Shown piece by piece: positions 20,235 through 30,428 of a DNA stretch of 64,000 nucleotides. A program made the position numbers and the translations under genes. Source of the stretch: Nitrospirota bacterium (GTDB taxonomy: Bacteria > Nitrospirota > UBA9217). The notes below the pieces were generated by a model. That model ran no database searches, had not been told where the DNA came from, and saw only the letters and a list, made by a program, of their open reading frames with translations. The stretch lies in assembly GCA_963754875.1 (NCBI GenBank), contig CAVWHO010000003.1:1-64000 (forward strand). The letters run 5' to 3'. Within the stretch, counting starts at the first letter, position 1. Each line of letters starts with the position of its first letter.

Positions 20235-21134
20235 ATGATTACTATTCTGGGAGCAACAGGAAACGTCGGGAGAAAAATAACCGACATCCTCATAAAGAAG
20301 GGTGAAAAAGTACGGCTCGTGTCGCGTTCCGCTGAAAAACTGCGGCCAATCGTCGGCCGGAATGCGCAGGCCTTTTCCGGCGACGCCAAAGACACCGAAT
20401 TTCTGTTAAAAGCATTCAAAGACTCCGATGCTGTTTTTACCCTCCTGCCGCCGAACATCACGGCTGAAAAGTTTATGTCCTATGCCGATGTCATGGGAGA
20501 AAGCATTGCCCGCGCACTGCAACTCGCCAAGGTAAAATACGTCGTCAACCTTTCGAGCCTCGGGGCGGAGCATACCTCCGGCACGGGCCCGATCGCGGGT
20601 CTCCATAACTTCGAAGAACGGTTGAACAGAATCGAAGGGCTGAATGTCCTGCACCTCCGTTGTGCCTACTTCATGGAAAACCTGCTTATGAATGTGGGGC
20701 TGATCAATTCACGGGGTATCATAGGCAGCCCAGTCCGGGGAGATATGAAGCTCCCGATGATCGCAACAAGGGACATTGCGTCCGTTGCTGCAGACAAACT
20801 CGTAAAAAGGGACTTTTCCGGATCCTCCATCCAGGTATTGCTCGGAGAGAGGGACCTCAGCATGATTGAAGCAACATCGATCATCGCCAGGAAAATTAAT
20901 AAGCCCAATCTTTCCTACGTGATGTTCTCCTATGACGATGCAGAAAAAGGATTCGTGACTGCCGGCCTGTCTCCTGATATGAGCAGGCTGTACGTTGAAA
21001 TGAGCAAGGCTTTTAACGAGGGGCGCATTACCGGAACGACAAAGCGGTCACCGCAGAATACTACACCTACGTCGTTGGAACAGTTCTGCGACGAGACTTT
21101 TGTGCCGATTTACACGCAAAAAAAGGTCGCATAG
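20235..21134 (+). CDS. NmrA-like NAD(P)H-binding atypical SDR
   Basis: ITILGATGNVG, VVNLSS and FMEN motifs. Confidence 0.88.
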   Translation: MITILGATGNVGRKITDILIKKGEKVRLVSRSAEKLRPIVGRNAQAFSGDAKDTEFLLKAFKDSDAVFTLLPPNITAEKFMSYADVMGESIARALQLAKVKYVVNLSSLGAEHTSGTGPIAGLHNFEERLNRIEGLNVLHLRCAYFMENLLMNVGLINSRGIIGSPVRGDMKLPMIATRDIASVAADKLVKRDFSGSSIQVLLGERDLSMIEATSIIARKINKPNLSYVMFSYDDAEKGFVTAGLSPDMSRLYVEMSKAFNEGRITGTTKRSPQNTTPTSLEQFCDETFVPIYTQKKVA

Positions 21135-21563
21135 GATTAATTCACAACAGGCGTCACGGAAAGCGAAAGGAAGTCGCTTCACGCAAGGGGGCAGGAACGA
21201 TTTCTGACGCTGAACCGTGACCCTGGCTTCATACTATTATTTACCCTCGTGCCCGCTGCAAACCTTTCCCTTGTAGGAAATCTTCTTTAAATAACAATCG
21301 AGCAAGAGATTTGCCGCTTTTCAAGTAAATCGATAATTGAACGCACAGGAGTGAGTGAAAATGCGGTTCGGTGGGTAGTAAAGCGGTCCGCTGTCACCAC
21401 GAATATTCATGTGAAACAAATGAAAGAAAGAAGAGAAAACATGTTCTGCAGATGGGACCGTAGTCCCTCTTCAGAATACAGCAAGTCGTTGTTCAGCGCG
21501 CAAGGTGAAGACAGCGGTCGCGGTTCCCGTTCATTCAAACGATATGGAACCGTAGCAGTGCTG

Positions 21564-23087
21564 TCAACAGGGAGGTGCGATGTGATTTTTTGACATCCGC
21601 AGTGTTTTTTCGTGGTTTAAAAAAACTTTGCGGAAGTGAAACCCGTAGATCGACAGCGTGATCGCATGTGAAATGAGGTTGGGCTTTCTGAAAAGCGACC
21701 AGATAATGAGCTTCCAGTAATGGATCCTCTCTTTTCCGATGATGCCGAGGCGGAAGACCGACTTGACCCCGGCCTTGAAATGGCTGAGTCGATAGCGGGG
21801 TCCCCTTACCCGAACGGGACGGTACTCTTTCAAAAATTTTTTCACCCGCGCATAGTACTGCTTCGGAGAATAAATGGTATCGAGGATCGAGCGGTAGCCG
21901 GTAAGCAGGGATTCTCTGTTCATCTTGGGCACGAAGTTAATGGAAAAGTCCGTATTATCGCCCGTTGCGGAATTTACGAGTCTCCCCTCCTCCTTCATGC
22001 GGTGGTACAGTTTTGTGCCGTGCGGCGCGTTCAGCAAACCGACCATGGCCGTTACGATCCCGCTTTCCTGGATGAACCCGATCAATCGTTCGAAGATGGA
22101 ATCCGGGTCCTTGTCGAATCCTACGATGAACCCTGCCTGCACTTCGAGGCCGGCCTGCTGGATCTTCCTGACGGAGGCGATGAGGTCGCGGTTCCGGTTC
22201 TGAAGTTTGCTGCATTCGGCCAGGCTTTCATCGTTCGGCGATTCGATTCCTACGAAGACCTGGTCGAACCCGGCCCTGGCCATGAGTCTCATCAATTCCT
22301 CGTCATCGGCGAGGTTGATAGACACTTCCGTGTAGAGTGTAAATGGATGCTTTCGCTTCTCCATCCATTCGATGAGGGCAGGAAGGATTTCCTTTTTGAG
22401 TTTTCCTTTATTCCCGATGAAATTATCGTCCACGATGAACACGCTGCCTTTCCATCGTTGGGTGTACAATGCATTTAACTCGGCAAGGATCTGATCAACG
22501 CTCTTGGTGCGAGGCACACGGCCATAGAGAACGGTGATGTTGCAAAAGTCGCAGTCAAAAGGGCAACCCCGTGAATACTGGATGTTCATGGATGCGTACT
22601 TTTTCTTATCGAGGAGGTCGAAGCGGGGCACCGGCGTGGTCGCAAGGTTCGCCCATCGCGGGGAGGTGTAAAGATGTCGGGCCTTCCCTTGCTTCAAGTC
22701 TTCGAGAAAGAGCGGGAGCGTAATCTCGGCTTCGTTCAAGATCAGGTGGTCTATATGAGCAAATTCCTCAGGCATGGCCGTAAACAGAGGGCCACCAGCG
22801 ATTATTTTGACGCCCAGTTTTTTGCATCGTTCGATCATGGTCTCTGCGGATGCCCTCTGGATTGACATGGCGCTCAGGAACACATAATCTGCCCAGCGCA
22901 GTTCCGAGTCTTTGATTGACTTCACGTTTTTGTCTGCGAGACGGATCTCCCATTCCGAGGGCAGCATTGAAGCAACGGTAAGAAGTCCAAGCGGCGGAAG
23001 GCTAGCCTTCTTGGAAATAAACTTGAGCGCGTATTTGAAACTCCAAAAAGTCTCTGGATATTTAGGATAGACGAGCAGGATCTTCAT
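21564..23087 (-). CDS. B12-binding radical SAM protein (DUF4070 C-terminus)
   Basis: PPLGLLTVA B12 domain, SRGCPFDCDFC (CxxxCxxC), VDDNFIGN and GFIVGFD. Confidence 0.92.
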   Translation of the reverse strand: MKILLVYPKYPETFWSFKYALKFISKKASLPPLGLLTVASMLPSEWEIRLADKNVKSIKDSELRWADYVFLSAMSIQRASAETMIERCKKLGVKIIAGGPLFTAMPEEFAHIDHLILNEAEITLPLFLEDLKQGKARHLYTSPRWANLATTPVPRFDLLDKKKYASMNIQYSRGCPFDCDFCNITVLYGRVPRTKSVDQILAELNALYTQRWKGSVFIVDDNFIGNKGKLKKEILPALIEWMEKRKHPFTLYTEVSINLADDEELMRLMARAGFDQVFVGIESPNDESLAECSKLQNRNRDLIASVRKIQQAGLEVQAGFIVGFDKDPDSIFERLIGFIQESGIVTAMVGLLNAPHGTKLYHRMKEEGRLVNSATGDNTDFSINFVPKMNRESLLTGYRSILDTIYSPKQYYARVKKFLKEYRPVRVRGPRYRLSHFKAGVKSVFRLGIIGKERIHYWKLIIWSLFRKPNLISHAITLSIYGFHFRKVFLNHEKTLRMSKNHIAPPC

Positions 23088-23598
23088 GAATCCTCCTTAG
23101 GTTATGCAATGAGATGCTATTACGAACAGACAGGAGTGCTGAAAAAGAAGCAGAATGCGAGTTTGCCCGAAAGTGAGTGTAGGGTATTATCCATCTTTCA
23201 GAATGTATTCACAAGTTATATTTTAGCTTAATCAGCGTCAATTTGCAACGTTCGATGAACCTGGATGATGCGTCCTTACTCAGATGTATCCTATGTTGAA
23301 TAAAAAATTGCAAAAGAATAAGTATAATTTCTATTGGAGAGCGAAATATGTTCTTCGATATCGTTGATACATTCAGATTTTGAATGAATGAGCCCTACTA
23401 GATGGAAAAACCGGGAATAAGATGCAGTACATCGAATGCTCCGGCCTGACGCCTACGCTTTGATAGGAGTTTACCTTGATGATGAAGCTGAGCACTAACC
23501 CGTCGTGAAGTGCAGGGGAATCGTCCGCTGTTCAGAGTTGACACCGGGCGCCGTCCCCATGACTCAGCAGCTCAGCGTACTGTCTCGTTTCGCAGATA

Positions 23599-24296
23599 TT
23601 ACTTCATCAGGGCTTCAAAATAAGGCGTGATTTTTTTGAGCATTTTGTCCGCAGCCAGGGGGATCATTTTTGCAAAAGCGTCAAGATTCACGAGGGCATT
23701 CACGTTCACGTCGTTTTGCGCTGCTCCGACCATCCGTTCCGCGAAATCTCTGTTCACTTCGGCCACCTGACCGTAGATCCGTATCAGTCCGTTGAGGTTC
23801 CATTCAGAGCTTTTCCCTGCCTGATGCCGGAGATACTGGGCAACGAAGTGCATGGACACCATCCTGAAGATCGTCTCTTCCAGGCTCGCGAAAGGTAAAT
23901 GGAACCGCACCATGGGCTTGAGCTGCTCAAGGATGGGACAGCCGCTTGTGGTCATGATGATGCCGAGCAGCGAGCTGACACCCATCTGGACCGTCGTTGT
24001 TTTTGAATAGGTCCTCTCTTCAACTATGCAGGCCACGCTTACGCGATCGTGGGAGGTAAACCTCCTGAACTTGTCCACAATGCCGGAGAAATTTGCCGCC
24101 ACCGGGCAACGGGGATAGGTTCGTTGATCAAGGGGGCACGTCGCGCACTGGCAGTAGCCGAGGAGCGTCCATTCCGGCAGGTCCGGGCTCTTCTCAGGAA
24201 GAAGATCGAGCGTATCCGCATCAAGAAGAAGGTCAAATTTATCGTGGAATTGTCATCAAACCGATAGAGATATACGATTTTGAAATAATTTGTCAT
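23599..24296 (-). CDS. DUF6901-like Cys-containing protein; 1-nt frameshift near 24238
   Basis: MTNYFKIVY... joins LPEWTLL.YCQCATCPL...CPVA..., TSGCP..LKPMVRFHLPFA in the next frame. Confidence 0.7.
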
Positions 24297-24344
24297 TTCA
24301 CGGTCTTGGAATGCGTGAACCTTCAACCTGACGCAAGACAACAA

Positions 24345-24415
24345 AAAATAAAAACGGGACCAGCTCATGTCATGACTCGCTTTCGACGCTCACGAAGAAT
24401 GAGCTGACCCCGTTG
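24345..24415 (-). terminator. Terminator-like long hairpin downstream of fba
   Basis: AACGGGACCAGCTCAT / ATGAGCTGACCCCGTT inverted repeat followed by a T-rich tract on the minus strand. Confidence 0.55.
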
Positions 24416-24425
24416 TTTGAGTCTC

Positions 24426-25424
24426 TTACGCTTGTCCTGCTGAACCGAGTACTTCTTTGTTTTTGTGGATGATCATCTTGATCAACTCGTCGCGGGCAGG
24501 ACCGAGGTATTTTCTCGGATCAAACTCGGCCGGTTTCTCGGCCAGGGTCTTGCGGATCATTGCGGTCATGGCAAGACGGCCGTCGCTGTCGATGTTGACC
24601 TTGCACACGGCGCTGCGCGCGGCCTTCCTGAGCTGGTCCTCGGGAATGCCGACGGCGTCTTTGAGCGCTCCGCCGTTTTTGTTGATGATCTGAACGTAAT
24701 CGGGAATGACGGATGATGCGCCGTGAAGCACGATCGGGAACCCGGGAATCCGCTTTTCTATCTCGTCAAGGATGTCGAACCGAAGCGGAGGCGGCACGAG
24801 AACGCCGCGTGCGTCGCGTGTGCACTGCTCGGGTTTGAACTTCATGGCGCCGTGGGACGTCCCGATGGAGATGGCAAGGGAATCGACGTTTGTCTTCTTC
24901 ACAAAGTCTTCGACCTGCTCGGGTTTGGTGTAAGTAGATTTCTCGGCTGATACTGCGTCTTCGATCCCCGCCAGAACGCCGAGTTCCCCTTCCACGACCA
25001 CGCCATTGGCATGGGCGTATTCGACGACCTGTTTGGTCACTTTAACGTTGTCATCATAGGAGTGGTGGGACCCATCGATCATGACCGAAGAAAAACCCGA
25101 ATCAACACAGGACTTGCAGAGCTCGAAGGTGTCTCCGTGGTCCAGGTGCAATGCAAATTTCACCGAAGATCCGGCGTCCTTGATCATGGCGACGGCGCCC
25201 ATGGCGAGAAACCGCAGGAGGGTCTGGTTCGCATATTTCCGGGCTCCGCTCGAGACCTGCAGGATGAAGGGGGACTTTGATTCCACGCATCCCAAAACGA
25301 TTGCCTGCAGTTGCTCCATATTGTTGAAGTTGTACGCCGGGATCGCGTACTTACCCTTCATCGCTTTTGCAAACATCTCCGTAGTCGTAACCAGGCCTAT
25401 GTCCTTGTACGAAACCTTCTCCAT
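24426..25424 (-). CDS. fba: Class II fructose-1,6-bisphosphate aldolase
   Basis: LHLDHG, GFSSVMIDGS, VEGELG, IGTSHG, VLHGAS, KVNIDSD and FDPRKYL. Confidence 0.96.
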   Translation of the reverse strand: MEKVSYKDIGLVTTTEMFAKAMKGKYAIPAYNFNNMEQLQAIVLGCVESKSPFILQVSSGARKYANQTLLRFLAMGAVAMIKDAGSSVKFALHLDHGDTFELCKSCVDSGFSSVMIDGSHHSYDDNVKVTKQVVEYAHANGVVVEGELGVLAGIEDAVSAEKSTYTKPEQVEDFVKKTNVDSLAISIGTSHGAMKFKPEQCTRDARGVLVPPPLRFDILDEIEKRIPGFPIVLHGASSVIPDYVQIINKNGGALKDAVGIPEDQLRKAARSAVCKVNIDSDGRLAMTAMIRKTLAEKPAEFDPRKYLGPARDELIKMIIHKNKEVLGSAGQA

Positions 25425-25982
25425 TCCAATACCCTCCTGAGTAAAATAGTTTATTTCCTGAAAGAGCGACGTTCTATCCCTGCAATCGCTCCCAATGTAT
25501 TTTCTGGCTGTTTGCTTCAGAGGTAAGGCATGAGTGCCGGCGCTTTACTCCACGGATTTACTGTGCGGGCTGCATTTTAGCACGAGTTATATATAAACTT
25601 CAAGCATCTTTCATCGACCTTTCACCAGAAAAACCCGCGGCGCACATAGTTGCAAGGTTAAGAAATCATAATCAACGAGCGTTGCAGAAATAGAGGTATT
25701 ACAACGCCAGGTCATGCTTTCGGCCAAACGAGTGCAGCCGGATCGTGTCGACAGGTCAGCGCCTCATGCATGGCGCATGCTGCTCATCGAATTCGATGGA
25801 CATCCCGGACGTGACTGACCTAGCCGTACTTTAGGATTGATTATTAGCAGGCCAGTATGCTATATTTCCGTTGCTGACAAGCACCCGGATGCCTGCCAAA
25901 CGCTTTGCGATCTACCTCGAGACTGGATGGCGGGTCTCTGACGGATTTGACACTGGATATGATGAATTAAAAGGTGGAGCCT

Positions 25983-27329
25983 ATGCCCTATAAAGCCTGG
26001 TTTCAATGCATCAACGAAAAGTGCAGCGAGCGGTATCCCCTGAACACGGTCATCTACAAGTGCAAGGCCTGCAATTCGCTGCTCGAAGTGCGGCATGACA
26101 TGCAGATCCTGGCACATCGCAGCGCAAAGGCATGGATGAAGCTGTTCGAGGACCGGTACAAGTCCACGGAATGGCCCTACGGCTCCGGCATCTGGGGCAA
26201 GAAGGAATGGGTCCTGCCGAACATCCACAACGACAATGTAGTATCGCTCTACGAGGGAGCGTCGAATCTGTTCTGGGCCGAACGGCTCGGTAAAATCGTT
26301 GGTCTTGACAGCCTCTGGATGAAGATGTGCGGCAACTCCCACAGCGGGTCCTTCAAAGACCTCGGGATGACCGTCCTCGTCTCCCAGGTGAAACAGATGA
26401 TCAGCGAGGGCGTGCCGATCCAGGCCGTGGCCTGCGCCTCCACCGGCGACACGTCAGCGGCCTTGGCGACTTACTGCGCCGCTGCCGGCATCCAGTCCAT
26501 CGTACTTCTGCCCAAAGGAAAGATATCCATCGCCCAGCTCGTCCAGCCCATTGCCAACGGCGCGCTGGTCCTTTCGCTCGATACGGACTTCGACGGGTGC
26601 ATGAAGGTGGTACAGGAAATTACGAAGGATGAGACCATCTATCTTGCCAATTCCATGAACTCGCTCCGGATCGAGGGCCAGAAGACCGTAGGCATCGAGA
26701 TCGTCCAACAATTCGACTGGGAGGTGCCGGACGTCATCATCATCCCCGGCGGGAACCTGGGCAACGTATCCGCGCTCGGCAGCGGTCTTTTGATGATGCG
26801 CGACCTTGGCCTCATCACGAAGCTGCCCCGGATCGTGGTTGCCCAGGCGGAGCGCGCCAATCCGCTCTACCGGTCATACCTCAAGAACTTCGCGTCCTTC
26901 GAGCCCATGGAAGCTCAAAAAACGCTCGCGTCCGCGATCCAGATCGGAAACCCGGTCAGCATCGAGAAAGCGATCCGCACGCTGAAACAGTTCGACGGGA
27001 TCGTGATGGACGCCACGGAGCAGGAACTGGCGGACGCTGCCGCGCTCGGCGACACCACGGGCATGTTCAACTGTCCGCATACCGGCGTGGCGCTCGCGGC
27101 CATGATCAAACTGATCAAGGCCGGGAAAATCGACAAAGCCGAGAAGGTCGTGGTCATCTCTACGGCCCATGGGCTCAAGTTCACCGATTTCAAGGTCCAG
27201 TACCACCAAGAGAAACTGGGTTTCCCCTGCAGGTTCGCCAACAAACCTATCGAATTGCCCCCGACCGTGGACGCTGTCAAGAAAGCTCTTGAGCAGGCGC
27301 TGAAGAAGAGGAGAGAACAGAATGCCTAA
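25983..27329 (+). CDS. thrC: Threonine synthase, plant-like subfamily, with N-terminal Zn ribbon
   Basis: [65 protein letters not shown] and STAHGLKF. Confidence 0.95.
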   Translation: MPYKAWFQCINEKCSERYPLNTVIYKCKACNSLLEVRHDMQILAHRSAKAWMKLFEDRYKSTEWPYGSGIWGKKEWVLPNIHNDNVVSLYEGASNLFWAERLGKIVGLDSLWMKMCGNSHSGSFKDLGMTVLVSQVKQMISEGVPIQAVACASTGDTSAALATYCAAAGIQSIVLLPKGKISIAQLVQPIANGALVLSLDTDFDGCMKVVQEITKDETIYLANSMNSLRIEGQKTVGIEIVQQFDWEVPDVIIIPGGNLGNVSALGSGLLMMRDLGLITKLPRIVVAQAERANPLYRSYLKNFASFEPMEAQKTLASAIQIGNPVSIEKAIRTLKQFDGIVMDATEQELADAAALGDTTGMFNCPHTGVALAAMIKLIKAGKIDKAEKVVVISTAHGLKFTDFKVQYHQEKLGFPCRFANKPIELPPTVDAVKKALEQALKKRREQNA

Positions 27330-28530
27330 GAAACCATCGAACCCGAAGAAGTGGAGCCCCGCAACCCTCGGCATCCACGGCCTGGACCGTGTCCATCACG
27401 CCAACTTCGCGGTTTCTACGCCGATCGCGCAAACCTCGAACTACTATTTTAACAATACCCAGGAAGTCTACGACTTCATGAAAGCCAAGAGCGAAGGAAC
27501 GGTGATCCGCGATCATGAGTACGGCCGCTACGGCAACCCGACCCAAACGGAGTGCGAGCGCAAACTCGCCGCAATAGAGGGCGCCGAGCGCGCGGTATTG
27601 TTCTCCACGGGCATGAGCGCCGTTATCCTGACGATTATGACCTTTATGCGCCGCGACGGGCATATCATTTTCACGAGCGACTGTTACCGCCAGACCCGGG
27701 ACTTCGCAGCAAACCTACTGGCCGAATTCGGCATCCAGGTATCGATGGTCGACCCGACCGCGGAGGCCATTGAAAAGGCCATCAGGCCGAACACGAACAT
27801 CATCTTCACCGAATCGCCGACAAACCCCTATCTGCGGTGCCTGGACCTGCCTGCGGTGGTGAAAGTCGCAAAACAGCACAACGTCATGACCATCATCGAT
27901 GCCACGCTGGCCACGCCGTATAACATCCGCCCCCTGGACCTCGGTGTCGATGTTGTCATCCACTCGGCAACAAAGTACCTGGGCGGACACAACGATCTCC
28001 TTGCCGGTGTCACGCTGGGCTCGGACAAGCTCATGAACGACGTCTACCGCATGCAGCGCATGATCGGCGCGACGCCGGGGCCGCTTACCTGCTTCCTTCT
28101 GGAGCGGGGTCTGAAGACCTTCGGCCTGCGGATGAAGCACCATAACGAGGCCGGCCTTGCCATTGCTCGCATGCTCGAGGCGCACCCCAAGATTGAGAAA
28201 GTCTGGTATCCCGGTCTTGATTCCCATCCGGACCGGGCAATCGCAAAAGAACAAATGAAGGGCTTCGGCAGCGTCGTCACCTTCCTGCTCCGCGGTGATG
28301 ATGCAAAGACCAGGAAGTTTATCGACTCACTCGAACTCTTCCTGATCACTCCGAGTCTCGGCGGAAGCGAAAGTCTCGTTACGCAGATGTGGATGATGTC
28401 ATTCTTCGACTATCCGGCAGAGTACCGGAAAAAGATCGGCATGTCGGACAACCTGGTCAGGCTGGCTCTGGGTCTGGAGGACGTGGACGACTTGCTTGCT
28501 GATTTGAAGCAAGCGCTGGAAAAGGTGTAA
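27322..28530 (+). CDS. metB: Cystathionine gamma-synthase-like PLP enzyme (plant CGS-like)
   Basis: [36 protein letters not shown] and DNLVRL..GLED; overlaps the thrC stop. Confidence 0.85.
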   Translation: MPKKPSNPKKWSPATLGIHGLDRVHHANFAVSTPIAQTSNYYFNNTQEVYDFMKAKSEGTVIRDHEYGRYGNPTQTECERKLAAIEGAERAVLFSTGMSAVILTIMTFMRRDGHIIFTSDCYRQTRDFAANLLAEFGIQVSMVDPTAEAIEKAIRPNTNIIFTESPTNPYLRCLDLPAVVKVAKQHNVMTIIDATLATPYNIRPLDLGVDVVIHSATKYLGGHNDLLAGVTLGSDKLMNDVYRMQRMIGATPGPLTCFLLERGLKTFGLRMKHHNEAGLAIARMLEAHPKIEKVWYPGLDSHPDRAIAKEQMKGFGSVVTFLLRGDDAKTRKFIDSLELFLITPSLGGSESLVTQMWMMSFFDYPAEYRKKIGMSDNLVRLALGLEDVDDLLADLKQALEKV

Positions 28531-28551
28531 GAGTCAGAGTAAGAGTAAAAC

Positions 28552-28635
28552 AGGACTGAGGACTGAGTGCTGAGGGATGAGTGGACGCGAGCTTTAAGGT
28601 TTTCCTCGGTCCTCAGCACTCATAACTCAGTCCTG
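28552..28635. repeat. Intergenic inverted array of 7-nt units between convergent genes
   Basis: GACTGAG GACTGAG TGCTGAG followed by the complementary CTCGGTC CTCAGCA CTCATAA CTCAGTC. Confidence 0.7.
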
Positions 28636-28649
28636 ATTTCGGAGTCCCC

Positions 28650-29411
28650 TCACCCCTGCATCGTAATGTCCTTCATAATCTGTCCTTTGATGAAATTCCT
28701 GAGCAGTTCCCGGTCCGTTTCCGATATTTCGCTGAACTTCAGACCCATCCCCGGCTCTTTGAACAGTCCCTGGCTCATGGTGACGCTGCGTACGACGACG
28801 GCCTTGAGTTTTACGGGAATGGAATGAATGATCAGGTTGACCGGGACGACCGCATTGGCCGGCCGGGGGTTCAGGGTACGTACGAAGACACCGTTTTCCG
28901 ACAGCTCCGAGACGAATTCGACACTGTTCGCGGCATCGATCGAGGTATGTCCGCCGACCCTGACTGGCAGCAGGGTCCGCAGCCGCACGAACTGCCGCGG
29001 TGTTTCTTCGGTTGCATGCTGAATGGCGCTATAGAGCGCATCCAGCTCCGCAGGCTTTCTGAGAAATGCCGCACAACCGGAAGCGCGGCAGTGTTCTTCT
29101 CTTTTTTGGTCACCGACTGCCGTCTGGATGATGACGGGGATGCCTTTGGTCGCGGGGTTGTGCCTGAGATGGACGAGCAGCTCTAGGCCGGACATCTGCT
29201 GGAGCGAAAGTTCGGTTATGATCAGTTCCGGCAAGGCAGCGTCGATGATTTTGAGAGCATCCTCCCCGGAGTTTGCTATATATACGTCGTAGTCGAGCCG
29301 CTGAAGAATCATGCCCGTTGCGAACAAGTCACGGACATAACCGTCCACGAGAAGAGCATAAGACTTTTTCCGGTCCGGCGTCGAGTTTTCCAGGACAGCG
29401 GGGACAGTCAC
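28650..29411 (-). CDS. Receiver domain + PilZ domain protein
   Basis: Atypical REC (LLVDG, ITELSL, KPA), then RQFVR (RxxxR) and ELSENG (D/NxSxxG-like) PilZ motifs, GMGLKF. Confidence 0.85.
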   Translation of the reverse strand: MTVPAVLENSTPDRKKSYALLVDGYVRDLFATGMILQRLDYDVYIANSGEDALKIIDAALPELIITELSLQQMSGLELLVHLRHNPATKGIPVIIQTAVGDQKREEHCRASGCAAFLRKPAELDALYSAIQHATEETPRQFVRLRTLLPVRVGGHTSIDAANSVEFVSELSENGVFVRTLNPRPANAVVPVNLIIHSIPVKLKAVVVRSVTMSQGLFKEPGMGLKFSEISETDRELLRNFIKGQIMKDITMQG

Positions 29412-29500
29412 TGTAGGCGTGTCTCCTTATTCCCAACTGAAATGCAGACTAGGGTAGCTGATTGTTGCTTGGAACATAGATATATTATAGAGACCGAAAG

Positions 29501-29698
29501 TCATAGCTTAGAGCGCATCTGTTTGCTTTTCGGCTCGAAATGCTGGCAGTAAATTCCTGAAGACTGAAAGACAACAAAAGTAGCAGCATTTTTTGATTTG
29601 AAACCCATGGCTCTACACCCGTGGGGGAAGTCTTTTTCCCAGGTGACAAAATAATGTCTGCATTTATTGCAGGATATTTTCCCTTGCTCGTCTGTCAT
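29501..29698 (-). CDS. Small Cys-rich conserved protein (family often mis-annotated as uracil-DNA glycosylase)
   Basis: CNKCRHYFVTWEKDFPHGC..GFKS...SG..C. Confidence 0.7.
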   Translation of the reverse strand: MTDEQGKISCNKCRHYFVTWEKDFPHGCRAMGFKSKNAATFVVFQSSGIYCQHFEPKSKQMRSKL

Positions 29699-29782
29699 AA
29701 GCCTGACCCGGCATAGCGCGAAATTACCAACATCTCGCCGGAGATTCAGTAAGGATGCGCAAAAAAAAGGAATAGATCTGCA

Positions 29783-30373
29783 TTATGCGTTCTCGGAGCA
29801 GGGAATACAGACGATTTTCCCGTTCTTCACGCGGCCACGGGATTCCATGAATTTTTCACCACACGAGGCGCACCGTGCAGACCCGCGAACTCTCGCTTCC
29901 TCGGGGGGCCGCGAGGAAACCTCTGTGATGGTCATGATCTCTTTTTCGTCCGCCTTCAGGATCGCTGCGGCCTTTTCCATTTTAAATGCCTGCATGTCAA
30001 CGGAAACGTCTTCGCCGGCATCCTGCCTTTTTTTCAGTTCTGGAAAACGGGAGTCGCCTTCGAACCCGCGATAATCTTCAGATATGCGGATGCCTTTGCC
30101 GGTCCTGCGATTAAAGAACGTATACACGTGCTTGCCGTAATCCCGAAAGATCAGGTTCCCTTTCCCGAACGTGCAGCCCGTAATGAACTGGATAGCATCC
30201 GCTGCGCAGGAATCGTTCTCGACGACAGCAACAAGCTCTTCATCCTGCGGCCGCTCGGCCTTCAACTCCCGGAGCGCCGCTTTTGCCACGCGAAAGCCGA
30301 GCGAAAGACCGGGACAGAGATGGCCGTGAAATTGAACGGTCTCTCGTAATTCATCATTGTTCAGCCCATGCAT
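29783..30373 (-). CDS. FmdE (formylmethanofuran dehydrogenase subunit E-like) protein with C-terminal Zn finger
   Basis: FHGHLCPGL..G, ENDSC..DAIQ..TGCTFGKGNL and CASCGE...CIPC. Confidence 0.92.
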   Translation of the reverse strand: MHGLNNDELRETVQFHGHLCPGLSLGFRVAKAALRELKAERPQDEELVAVVENDSCAADAIQFITGCTFGKGNLIFRDYGKHVYTFFNRRTGKGIRISEDYRGFEGDSRFPELKKRQDAGEDVSVDMQAFKMEKAAAILKADEKEIMTITEVSSRPPEEARVRGSARCASCGEKFMESRGRVKNGKIVCIPCSENA

Positions 30374-30428
30374 AAAAAACCTCTCATTCTTATTGTACCG
30401 CAGAGGGCAATCCGTCTGGGCTCAAACT

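Noticed and set aside
23400..23580. Possible degraded PilZ-like coding remnant
   Set aside because: Only a short, stop-interrupted resemblance; cannot be supported.
25690..25975. Possible SAM riboswitch or T-box in the thrC leader
   Set aside because: No SAM-I core or T-box consensus recognisable by eye; an Infernal/Rfam scan would be decisive.
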